This document shows, in pieces, positions 47,327 to 56,307 of a stretch of DNA of 64,000 nt (the stretch's first letter is position 1; the number at the start of each line of letters is the position of its first letter). Made by a program: the position numbers and the translations under genes. The notes under the pieces were generated by a model. The model did no database searches and was not told the origin of the DNA. It saw only the letters and a program-made list of their open reading frames with translations. The DNA is from Candidatus Beckwithbacteria bacterium CG10_big_fil_rev_8_21_14_0_10_34_10. Lineage in GTDB: Bacteria; Patescibacteriota; Microgenomatia; UBA1400. The stretch covers positions 11,655-75,654 of the forward strand of contig PEZT01000016.1 of the NCBI GenBank assembly GCA_002773945.1, given 5' to 3'.

Positions 47327-49012
47327 ATGTTTAAGTTAAAAAAGAAAAGGTTATTCTTCTTAGCCTTAATTATTTTTCTTTTAATTAATCTCGGAGCTAT
47401 TTTTTTTTCTTGGCAAGGAAGAAATGTTCCCCTAGAACCAGATGATAGCGGAATCTATCTTACTTTTATTCAAGCAAATAAGAAATATAGCAGTATTTTT
47501 TCCCGCCAAGTCAAAGTCTTTGACCATCCAGTTATGTGGGATGAATATGGTGGAGCTGACAAAACTACTTTTTTCAGCTGGGGATTTTTCTGGGGAAAAA
47601 TAGCTAAGCTTACATCAATTGAGGCAGAAACTGCTTTTAAGTTAAGTTTTTATTTTGGAATTATTTTCTTTTTACTAACTCTTCTTTATTTTTTTAAAGA
47701 AAAAGGCTGGCAATTAAAAGTTATCCTAGTCTTAACTTTTTCTTTTTTTACTGGTGATGGTATTTATCATGGTTTTTGCTGGCCAGTAGCTTCTTTTTAC
47801 GCCACCACTCTTTATTTATTAATTGTAAAAATCATCTTTCAGGGAGAAAAAAACTGGTTTAGAAAAATGATTTTCATATCCCCTATTTTTTTCTTAACTC
47901 ACTCTTTGGCCACAGTCTATTTAGCTGGACTAGTAATTTATCTCCCTCTTTCTTTATATTTTTTAAAAAGTAAAGATTCTAAAACTAGAACAAGAGTTTT
48001 AAGTTTGCTAATTGCAGGCCTAACCTTTTACCTTTTCTGGTTTAAATTTTTAATCTTTAAAAACGTTGATTTAGTTAAAAACACTAATATTATTTTATCC
48101 ATCATCTCTCGCCTTCAAAGTCACGAATATTTACTTTATAAAAAATCAGCCTTACTAATTTTTGATAAATACTTTCTTACAATTCTAACCAGGCCCTTAT
48201 TTCTAACTCTTTTTATTTTAGGACTAATTGAGACTTACAAAAAAGAGAAAAAACTATTGCTTTTATATATCTCCTTCTTTTTGCTAATTATGGCTGGTCT
48301 TTTTTTCCCGGGTGGAGAAAGAATTATGCTGATTGCCTGGGTTTTAACTTTTATTATTTTTAGCTTTGGTTTAAATTATTTAATTAGTCTAGCAGCTAAA
48401 ATATTAAAGAAACAGCTCTCTTTTAAAAAACAAAAAAAGCTAATCATGCTTTTGCTAACTAATTTTTTTCTAGAAGCATCCTTTCTCGCCTTTATATTAA
48501 AACCAAACTCTTCTAAAAACATAATTTTGGAAAAATTCTTTATTTATTCTAAGATAATTATCTTAGCCATCACCCTCACTACCTTACTCTTCAATAAAAA
48601 GGCTATTCTTTCAAAACTTATCCTCCGCTGGCTATTTATAAGTTTAGCTAGTTTTTTTATCTATCTTTTTCTAGAAAAAGCAGCCATGGTTGTTTTTTTA
48701 AAAAATAGGAATAATTATCAATTTGACAAAAAAATATTTTTGTCAGAAATTGAGACTCAAAAAACGGGAACCATTATTTACAATGATAAGATTAGTTTCG
48801 CTTTGTTTTCTGGTTTAGGTTTAATTGAAAAAGAGGCTATTAAAAAAGACTATTTAACAACAAGTTATTTAAACAGGGCTAGTTATTTTATTGCTTCCCG
48901 TGCTAAATTTGATCACTGCCAGAAACAATATTGCTGGCTTGAAATGAATAATGTCAAAAGAAAAATGGAGTTAAAAGCCAAAGATAATAATTTTTTACTT
49001 TACAAATTCTAA
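47327..49012 (+). CDS. Polytopic membrane protein, possible GT-C fold
   Basis: PLEPDD..Y acidic motif after the first TM; more than 10 TM helices. Confidence 0.6.
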   Translation: MFKLKKKRLFFLALIIFLLINLGAIFFSWQGRNVPLEPDDSGIYLTFIQANKKYSSIFSRQVKVFDHPVMWDEYGGADKTTFFSWGFFWGKIAKLTSIEAETAFKLSFYFGIIFFLLTLLYFFKEKGWQLKVILVLTFSFFTGDGIYHGFCWPVASFYATTLYLLIVKIIFQGEKNWFRKMIFISPIFFLTHSLATVYLAGLVIYLPLSLYFLKSKDSKTRTRVLSLLIAGLTFYLFWFKFLIFKNVDLVKNTNIILSIISRLQSHEYLLYKKSALLIFDKYFLTILTRPLFLTLFILGLIETYKKEKKLLLLYISFFLLIMAGLFFPGGERIMLIAWVLTFIIFSFGLNYLISLAAKILKKQLSFKKQKKLIMLLLTNFFLEASFLAFILKPNSSKNIILEKFFIYSKIIILAITLTTLLFNKKAILSKLILRWLFISLASFFIYLFLEKAAMVVFLKNRNNYQFDKKIFLSEIETQKTGTIIYNDKISFALFSGLGLIEKEAIKKDYLTTSYLNRASYFIASRAKFDHCQKQYCWLEMNNVKRKMELKAKDNNFLLYKF

Positions 49013-49052
49013 TTTAAGCATTACTAACTTATGCTATTATGTTAATAAAATT

Positions 49053-50162
49053 ATGCCAAAAATAAAAACACTTAAAAAAAATAAACACTTTAGGACTGTC
49101 TTTTTTTACAAAAAAAAGAATCCCTTTGCTTTTGAAAAAAATGGACCTTCTGAATTTTTATACGGCCTCAACTACTTGCAAAAAAAGATTCCTGTTTTAT
49201 CACTCTTTAGTAATGAATATCAACTAAAATATTTGCCTTTAAAATTAATAGAAAAGTTTTTAGCTAAAAAAGCTTTAACTGGAATTCATTTTCAAGCTTT
49301 TCTAAATAATAAAAATAAAATTTCAGAAAATGATCTTATTTTTGCTGTTAATGATGGCTTAAGCTTTGGTTTATTATTCTATAAATTAATAAATAAATTA
49401 GACAACCGAATTATTGTCTTAATTCAAGGCATTCATGATCGTTATAAATATTTCAAAAACTCTAAAATCTTGATTAATTTTTACCAAAAGCTTTTAGAAA
49501 AAGCTGATCTTATTCTTACTCTCTCAGAATATGAAAAAAAAATATTAACGAGATTTTTAAAAATAAATCCTCAGAAAATAAAAGTTTTTTATTTCGGAGT
49601 AGATTTAAAATACTGGGATAAAAATAAGGTTAGAGAAAAGAAACTAAAAAAAGAGTTTGTTCTAACCTTGGGCAATGATATGCACCGAGATTATTCTCTT
49701 CTCATAAATCATTACCACTTAAATATACCCTTAAAGTTTATTACTAAAACGTTGACTCCAGATCAATTAAAAAATCTTAAGGGGAAAAATTTTCAATATC
49801 ACTTAAGTGTTTCTAATCAAGAATTGCGCCAGTTATATTATCGAGCAAAATTCATTATTGTTCCCTTAAAAAATACTCTGGCTACTTCTGGTTTAAGTGT
49901 TACTCTCCAAGCAATGGCCATGGAAAAACCAGTCTTATTAGCTGAAGCTCCAGCCTTAAAAGAATTATTTAAGAATTATCATCATGTTCTCTATTATAAG
50001 ATGAATGATTCAAAATCATTTAAGCAAAAGCTGAAAGAATTAAATCAAAATAAACATTTAAGAAATAAGCTCTCAAAAAACGGCAGAGAGTTAATCGAAA
50101 AACAGTTTAATACCAATTATATGGGAAAAAATCTCCGGCAAATAATTAAATCTTTTTATTAA
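49053..50162 (+). CDS. GT4 glycosyltransferase
   Basis: FGVD..YW, GND.HRDY, SGLSVTLQAMAMEKP. Confidence 0.85.
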   Translation: MPKIKTLKKNKHFRTVFFYKKKNPFAFEKNGPSEFLYGLNYLQKKIPVLSLFSNEYQLKYLPLKLIEKFLAKKALTGIHFQAFLNNKNKISENDLIFAVNDGLSFGLLFYKLINKLDNRIIVLIQGIHDRYKYFKNSKILINFYQKLLEKADLILTLSEYEKKILTRFLKINPQKIKVFYFGVDLKYWDKNKVREKKLKKEFVLTLGNDMHRDYSLLINHYHLNIPLKFITKTLTPDQLKNLKGKNFQYHLSVSNQELRQLYYRAKFIIVPLKNTLATSGLSVTLQAMAMEKPVLLAEAPALKELFKNYHHVLYYKMNDSKSFKQKLKELNQNKHLRNKLSKNGRELIEKQFNTNYMGKNLRQIIKSFY

Positions 50163-51285
50163 GCCTTTTATAAATCTGAAGTGTTTGGGCGGCTGTTTTT
50201 TCCCAAGAATAATCTTTACTTTTTTTAAAACCTTTTTTAATAATAGCCATTGTTTCTTTTTCTTCTAAAGATTTGTCCAAGGCTTTAACGATGCTTTTAA
50301 CATCCTTGGGGTTAAAATAAATGGCTCCGTTTTGAATTACTTCTTTAAAGACCGGAATTTTAGAACATAAAACTAAAGTGCTACAGGAAGCGGCTTCAAT
50401 TAAAGGCAAACCAAAACCTTCAATCAAGGAAGGAGAAACAAGGGCATGACAGCAGTTGTAAAACATGACTAAATCTTTATCTTTAACATAACCAAAATTT
50501 AAAACCTTGTTTTTAAGACCAATTCTTTTTATAAATTCTTTTTCCTTCTGGCTAAATTTATTTCCTCCAAGAGTAACTAGTTTAAAATCATCTTTTTTTG
50601 ACCATAAACTAAAGGCCTTTACTAAAGATATAAAGTTTTTATAATGTCCTCTGGGGCCTAAATAAAGCAGAAAAGGTGAATCAAGTTTATATTTTTCAAG
50701 AAATCTATTTTTAACTTCTTTGTTAGTTATTTTCTTAAAAATTTTGTCTTTTCCCGGATAAACTACAAAAATATTTTCCCTATCAATTTTATAAAGTTCT
50801 AAAAGGTCTCTTTTAGTGCTTTTGGAAATGCAAATGACCGCATCAGCTGACTTAATTATCTGCTTTTTTCTTTTTCTAAAAAGATCATTTTTTCTGCCCA
50901 AAAAATATTGGGGAAATAATTCGTGAATCATATCATAGACTGTCACTACCTGCTTAATATCTTTATCAGGATGTTTAGTGTAATAAGTAGAATGAAAAAT
51001 ATCTCCCTTTTCCTTAAGCCAATATTTGTTTAAAATTACTTGATTAACTGGTTTAATTATGGTTTCCGATATTATATTAGGTAAAAGAAAGGGAATTTTT
51101 TTTATTTTAGAAGTTTTAATTTTTTGACTGAGATTGAATTTCTCTTTAATACTAGGGTGCAAAAAAAGCTTAACCCCTACTCTTTTGTCAATCTTATTTA
51201 ATAAAGGAAGGTAACCGTTAAAGTAACGGCCGACTCCACCCCCTTTTTTAAGACTATACATAATCCCATCAATTAAAATTTTCAT
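50146..51285 (-). CDS. GT4 glycosyltransferase
   Basis: GGVGRY, HSTYY, TVYDMIHE, YKNF, EGFGLPLIEA, YSWEK. Confidence 0.92.
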   Translation of the reverse strand: MKILIDGIMYSLKKGGGVGRYFNGYLPLLNKIDKRVGVKLFLHPSIKEKFNLSQKIKTSKIKKIPFLLPNIISETIIKPVNQVILNKYWLKEKGDIFHSTYYTKHPDKDIKQVVTVYDMIHELFPQYFLGRKNDLFRKRKKQIIKSADAVICISKSTKRDLLELYKIDRENIFVVYPGKDKIFKKITNKEVKNRFLEKYKLDSPFLLYLGPRGHYKNFISLVKAFSLWSKKDDFKLVTLGGNKFSQKEKEFIKRIGLKNKVLNFGYVKDKDLVMFYNCCHALVSPSLIEGFGLPLIEAASCSTLVLCSKIPVFKEVIQNGAIYFNPKDVKSIVKALDKSLEEKETMAIIKKGFKKSKDYSWEKTAAQTLQIYKRLNKKI

Positions 51286-51812
51286 TAAAATCCTTGTTTC
51301 AATTCTTCTTCATCTTCCCATAAAATCTTAAGTTCATCTGTCATTGGTTTTAATTCTTTAGCCATTTGTTTTAGCTTTAGTCTTAGTTTTTCTTTGTTTT
51401 CATCAGGCATGGCTTCTAATCTATCAGAAAGGCTAGTTACTACTTCTGTAACTTTATTAGGCAGCTGACCCAAGCTTCTAATAATTAAAGGCAAGGTGCT
51501 AAGAAAAACAAGTAAAAAAGCAAAAAGAATAATTAAAAATTTAACAAAAAACAAGGTTAATTCATTAAACAGTTTTTTTCTGACGGTTAAACCAACAGGT
51601 TTTCTCACTGTATCTTCAGCCTTTAGTTTAATAATATTTTTAAAATACTTTTCTTTTTCTCTTTCTAAATCTTTATATGCTCCGTCCAAACTTTTATTCT
51701 CCACCATTAAAGACAATTCTGGCATAAAAAGATAATATTTGTCTTTTGTTTTTTTAAGGATTAAGTTGTAGTCTAAATTCATAAAATAATTGAGATTTTT
51801 CTTTTTGTTCAT
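51285..51812 (-). CDS. Hypothetical protein: HicB-like N-terminal domain, TM helix, helical tail
   Basis: SD AAAGGAG; N-terminus NLNYFMNLDYNLIL..YYLFMPEL...SLDGAY; hydrophobic stretch LFFVKFLIILFAFLLVFLSTL. Confidence 0.65.
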   Translation of the reverse strand: MNKKKNLNYFMNLDYNLILKKTKDKYYLFMPELSLMVENKSLDGAYKDLEREKEKYFKNIIKLKAEDTVRKPVGLTVRKKLFNELTLFFVKFLIILFAFLLVFLSTLPLIIRSLGQLPNKVTEVVTSLSDRLEAMPDENKEKLRLKLKQMAKELKPMTDELKILWEDEEELKQGF

Positions 51813-51822
51813 AGTTTCTCCT

Positions 51823-53709
51823 TTAATTAACTAAAGTTAAAATTGCTACTTTAGAATTATCCAGCTTGTTATATTTTAAATCAAAATTGCTTTTTTTGAT
51901 AATTTCTTCAGCTTGTTCGCTTTTAACCACAATCACAATTTCCCCATAACGATCCACTAATTCTTTTACATTACCTGAAATAATATCACTTATATCTTTA
52001 TCATACTGTTTTAAATGCTCTTCTCTTTCTCCAGGGGCCCCAACCGTCGCTCCACTAAGAGGCGCTGATGAATAAAGAGCCAAAGCATAACCGATTTTTT
52101 CCCACTCTAAGCCACTCCGCAGCTTGGGCGCAATTATTAAGGCTTTCTTGTCTTGAGTTACTCTCTTAATTAACATCTGATCTTTCTTACTAAACAACTG
52201 AGTAATTTCATTACCATAAACGACTTTTTCAGGCGCTTTAAGATAACCTTTAATTTCCCCAATATGAGCTATTGATAAAAAAACCATGAGTAAAATAACT
52301 AAAAACTCCCTCTTTTTTTTGGTTTTCAAAAGGTAAATCTGAAGAAATTTATTAAGATAAACAACTAATCCTAAAGTAATAAAAAGCATTAAGGGAATAG
52401 CGAATCTACCGATTGATCGAACAAAAATAAACTGCCGCCAAAACATCGCTATCAATAAAGTAGGCGTAGGAAGATCATTAAATCTTATTCCCCCCAAATG
52501 AATTATATTCCCCCAGCTTAAAACATAGAGTAAAAAGGCGGCACTGGCAAATATAAAAGGTAAGCTGAAAAAATGATCAAGAAAAAATATTTTTGCAGTC
52601 CATTTCATTCTCAATTTCATTAAAAAAGAACGGGGATTTTTATAAAAGTTAAAAACACCAATTAAAACATAAAATAAAAGTAAGCTTATTGTAACTGTCC
52701 CTAAATAAGCAAAGCCTTCATATTGGCCAGCTTGTAAATGACGCGAAGTTAAAGGAAAACCAGCTTTTGCAAGATAAGCTGTTGGACCCATCCCTATCTC
52801 TTTAAGCAGGTCTGGACTTTCCTCAGGAGGAATAAATAAAGTTAGGACATCGGCAACATGAAAGCCACTCCCAAATCCACCGCCATATCCCCAATTTGTT
52901 CGAAATCTAGTTGTAAAAAGGCTTGTTTCTGGAGGCACTTTTAGATTATCCTGGTTACCAAGAATAGAAAAGACAACACTAGAAAGAAACAACCCTAAAA
53001 CAAAAGCAAATAATCCCCTAATTAGTCTTTTTTGATTAACTTTCTTTTTGTTAATAGTAAATTCCAAAATATTAAAGCCCAATAAAACCAGGAAAATAAA
53101 AGAAATTCCAAAAGAAAGATAATAGGCTATTAAAGAAGATAGGGGAAAAACCAGGGCCAAAATTACCGCCAGCCTCCAACTTGGTTTTTTGTAAAAACAA
53201 ATATACAAATAACTAAAAATTAAATATAAAGGAAAGTAATAAACTTGCATCGAGATACCATAATAAAAAGAGCTTCTGAAAAGTAGAGCCGGTGATAAAC
53301 TGACTAAAACTGCACCCAGTAATTTTATTGGCCACCATCTTACTTTAAACTTATCCAGTAAAAGACAAGTAAAATAAGCCGTTAAAAAAACAGCCATTAT
53401 TTCTACTAAAGGAAAATAATAGAATTTCCCCAGTAAAGGGAAGATTTTAGATAAAAATTTCAAAATTAGACTAAAAAGAGGAAAAGCCCTTGTAATATTA
53501 GCTGTTTGAAAAGGAAATGATAAACTTTTAATACTACCCAAAGGAAAACTAAAGTTCTCCTTAGCAAAAATTAAATATCTTCCCCAGATGCTCATCACGT
53601 CTGAGTTTGTAATAACGGGCATCTTACCGGAAAATGGCAAGCAATTCTGCCATCTTAAAGAAAAAACAGCCGTGACTAACAGGGCTAGAATAATATTCTG
53701 CTTTTTCAT
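51823..53709 (-). CDS. Polytopic membrane protein (DUF6311/YfhO-like, possible GT-C)
   Basis: SD after first TM, FPLG, YEGFAYLG, RSIGRF. Confidence 0.65.
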   Translation of the reverse strand: MKKQNIILALLVTAVFSLRWQNCLPFSGKMPVITNSDVMSIWGRYLIFAKENFSFPLGSIKSLSFPFQTANITRAFPLFSLILKFLSKIFPLLGKFYYFPLVEIMAVFLTAYFTCLLLDKFKVRWWPIKLLGAVLVSLSPALLFRSSFYYGISMQVYYFPLYLIFSYLYICFYKKPSWRLAVILALVFPLSSLIAYYLSFGISFIFLVLLGFNILEFTINKKKVNQKRLIRGLFAFVLGLFLSSVVFSILGNQDNLKVPPETSLFTTRFRTNWGYGGGFGSGFHVADVLTLFIPPEESPDLLKEIGMGPTAYLAKAGFPLTSRHLQAGQYEGFAYLGTVTISLLLFYVLIGVFNFYKNPRSFLMKLRMKWTAKIFFLDHFFSLPFIFASAAFLLYVLSWGNIIHLGGIRFNDLPTPTLLIAMFWRQFIFVRSIGRFAIPLMLFITLGLVVYLNKFLQIYLLKTKKKREFLVILLMVFLSIAHIGEIKGYLKAPEKVVYGNEITQLFSKKDQMLIKRVTQDKKALIIAPKLRSGLEWEKIGYALALYSSAPLSGATVGAPGEREEHLKQYDKDISDIISGNVKELVDRYGEIVIVVKSEQAEEIIKKSNFDLKYNKLDNSKVAILTLVN

Positions 53710-54557
53710 TATATTTTTTTTGCTATAACGTAAATAATATCATGAAGATTTAAATAAAAATTGCCTTTTATAAGTTTTGAATTTTTAATATAATTGTACC
53801 AATGTTTTTTATTGCTTCTTATGGATAAAATAATATAAATCATGTGATGAAGACTGCGATAGTAACCACATGAACGACAGTAAATTACCCTGAAGCCATT
53901 TTTATTCAATAGCTTGGTGATTGTTTTTTTAGAAAAATAGTGGAGATGAGTCGGCGGATGAATCAAACGCCACTTCTTCCCCCTTATTCTGGCCACTAAA
54001 CTACCAATATCGCCAGTAGTTATAGCCAATAAGGCCCCCTTATTCATACTTTTCCTTACTTTTCTAAGATATAAGTCCGGCCTTTTTAAGTGCTCTATTG
54101 TATCCCAAAAACAAACAACATCAAATCTCTTTTTACTAAAATTTCGGGGAACGAAATTGCTTCTGATTGCCTTGAAGCCTAGTTTTTGTTTAACATATTT
54201 TACTGCCGGTGACGAAATATCAATCCCCAATATTTCATTAAAATTATCTTTAACTAAATCAAGAAAAAGACCATAAGCACAGCCGATTTTCAAAAGCCGT
54301 TGGTGTTTTTTAAAATCAAGGAATTTTCTTAAAGCTTGCCAGCGTAATTTAAAATTTTTCTGCCAAACTTTTTTGTCTGCTAGATAATTACGAAATTCAT
54401 CACCATAAAAATAGTTTTTCCCATAAAGCTTATTTAGCTTCTTTATACATAAGTTATCAGAATAAAAAATATGGCTACAGTTAGAACATTTTAAAAGCCC
54501 AATATTACGATAAAGAAATTTGCTTTTTTTATTACCACAAACAATACATTTTTTCAT
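53709..54557 (-). CDS. Class I SAM-dependent methyltransferase with N-terminal Cys cluster
   Basis: CIVC..CSNC, IGCAYG, GIDIS, WDTIEH, PPTHLHYF. Confidence 0.82.
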   Translation of the reverse strand: MKKCIVCGNKKSKFLYRNIGLLKCSNCSHIFYSDNLCIKKLNKLYGKNYFYGDEFRNYLADKKVWQKNFKLRWQALRKFLDFKKHQRLLKIGCAYGLFLDLVKDNFNEILGIDISSPAVKYVKQKLGFKAIRSNFVPRNFSKKRFDVVCFWDTIEHLKRPDLYLRKVRKSMNKGALLAITTGDIGSLVARIRGKKWRLIHPPTHLHYFSKKTITKLLNKNGFRVIYCRSCGYYRSLHHMIYIILSIRSNKKHWYNYIKNSKLIKGNFYLNLHDIIYVIAKKI

Positions 54558-54562
54558 CTACG

Positions 54563-55390
54563 TTACTGTTTTATTATTAAACATTGAGAATCCCAAAGCT
54601 CAATAATAGGCTCTTTTCTTTTCTTAAAAAATTCATCAAAGGCTTTTTTAACTCCCGGCGCATTAATACTATTATAATCATGAGATAAAATAACCCCGCC
54701 TACATTCATTCTTCTATAAAAAAAGTTAAGACAGTCTTTAGTACTTTTGTACAAATCTACATCTAGATGAACAAAAGAAAATTTACGCTTACTAATAGGA
54801 CCAGCAGTCTTAGGAAACATACCTTTATAAAAATATAAATTAGAATATTCTTTAAGATTTGCTTTTACTTCTTTTAAGGAGGTATTTTTCATTTCCCCTT
54901 TTACCAACAAGTCATCTTGGCTACTATCGGGTTTTGGCAACCCAGCAAAAGTATCGAACAGGTGGAAGTTCTTTTTCCCTTTTGCCTCAGATATTATTTT
55001 AGCCGAACCGCCACGATAAACACCTACCTCGGCTAAATCACCCGGTAAATTTTCGGCTTTCTTAGCATAGATATATAGATTTCCCATTTCCCTAAAACTT
55101 AAAAGAGGTTTTATAAATCCAGGGTTATCTTGTGTTATTAAAATTAGGTCTAACAGTTTTTTGTTTTGACAAATAACACTATTGGCTAGTTCTAGTGCTT
55201 TTAAAACTAAAGTTGGATATTTTTTCCACATAAACTTTGGAAAAACCGTATAAAAAAACAAGATAAAAGCTTTATATAACAAGGGGAAGCCTCGCCAATC
55301 ACGTTTAAGCTTAGACTCAAATAAATTAAGCAAGACTTTTAAAAAACCTTGCTTTTGAATATTTTCTCTTACTTTTTCAAAATTAGGCAT
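54563..55390 (-). CDS. TylF/MycF/NovP-family O-methyltransferase
   Basis: GDLAEVGVYRGG, FDTFAG, KGMF, VHLDVDLY, HDY, PGV. Confidence 0.9.
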   Translation of the reverse strand: MPNFEKVRENIQKQGFLKVLLNLFESKLKRDWRGFPLLYKAFILFFYTVFPKFMWKKYPTLVLKALELANSVICQNKKLLDLILITQDNPGFIKPLLSFREMGNLYIYAKKAENLPGDLAEVGVYRGGSAKIISEAKGKKNFHLFDTFAGLPKPDSSQDDLLVKGEMKNTSLKEVKANLKEYSNLYFYKGMFPKTAGPISKRKFSFVHLDVDLYKSTKDCLNFFYRRMNVGGVILSHDYNSINAPGVKKAFDEFFKKRKEPIIELWDSQCLIIKQ

Positions 55391-55391
55391 A

Positions 55392-56300
55392 CTACAATTT
55401 ATTAATAATTAAGTTCTTTTCTAGTTTTTTAGGTTCTTTAAAATAACTTAACAATCCATGAAAACCCGCTATTGAGTGATTATCAAATCGATTATACACC
55501 AATTTCCAGACACGAGAAACGAAAATAATTAAAAATACTTTTACCCAAAAATTTAAAAAATTATTATATTTTCGACAAAAATAAAGCCTATTTCTAACCA
55601 TAAAGAAGCTGTTTTTTTCATTAATTTTATTAGTTGTTGTAGAAACCTTATGCCAAACATATGCATTTGTTAAGGCCCTTATTTTATATCCTGCCTTGGC
55701 AAAACGAACGCAAAGATCAATGTCCTCCCAATAAAGAAAATAATAAGGATCAAAGGCTCCTAATTTTTTAATTACATCAGTTCGGATTAGCATGGCTGCT
55801 CCAGCCACATAATCAGTATTTAATAATTTTTTTTTGCTATTGGGGGAGGGTTTATTCTGATTCCAAATATTTATCTTGGCCATAGGCCAAGTAAGATTAG
55901 CCCTTAAAAACCAAATTTTTTTTGGTTTATTGTAATAAAAAATTTGAGGACCAAGAATAGCTACCTTCTTATCTTCTTCAGCCACTTTAACTAACCTGGT
56001 TAATACTTGAGAATGGACAACAGTATCATTATTTAGAATAAAAACGTAGTCTACCTTGGCTTCCAAAGCCTGTTTTATTCCCATGTTATTTCCACCAGCA
56101 AAACCAAGGTTTTTTTTGTTTCTGATTACTTTAATTCTAGGAAATTTCTTTCTTATAATATTTGTAGGATCTTTTAAAGAACCATTATCAACCACTATCA
56201 CTTTATGATCATGATAATTTATTTTTTTTAAAGATTCTAAACACTCTAAAGTATCTTTTGTCTGATTCCAGTTTAAAACAATAATAAAAACTTTTGGCAT
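55392..56300 (-). CDS. GT2 glycosyltransferase
   Basis: VLNWN, VDNGS, NLGFAGGNN, LNND, YFLYWEDIDL. Confidence 0.9.
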   Translation of the reverse strand: MPKVFIIVLNWNQTKDTLECLESLKKINYHDHKVIVVDNGSLKDPTNIIRKKFPRIKVIRNKKNLGFAGGNNMGIKQALEAKVDYVFILNNDTVVHSQVLTRLVKVAEEDKKVAILGPQIFYYNKPKKIWFLRANLTWPMAKINIWNQNKPSPNSKKKLLNTDYVAGAAMLIRTDVIKKLGAFDPYYFLYWEDIDLCVRFAKAGYKIRALTNAYVWHKVSTTTNKINEKNSFFMVRNRLYFCRKYNNFLNFWVKVFLIIFVSRVWKLVYNRFDNHSIAGFHGLLSYFKEPKKLEKNLIINKL

Positions 56301-56307
56301 AGAAAAA

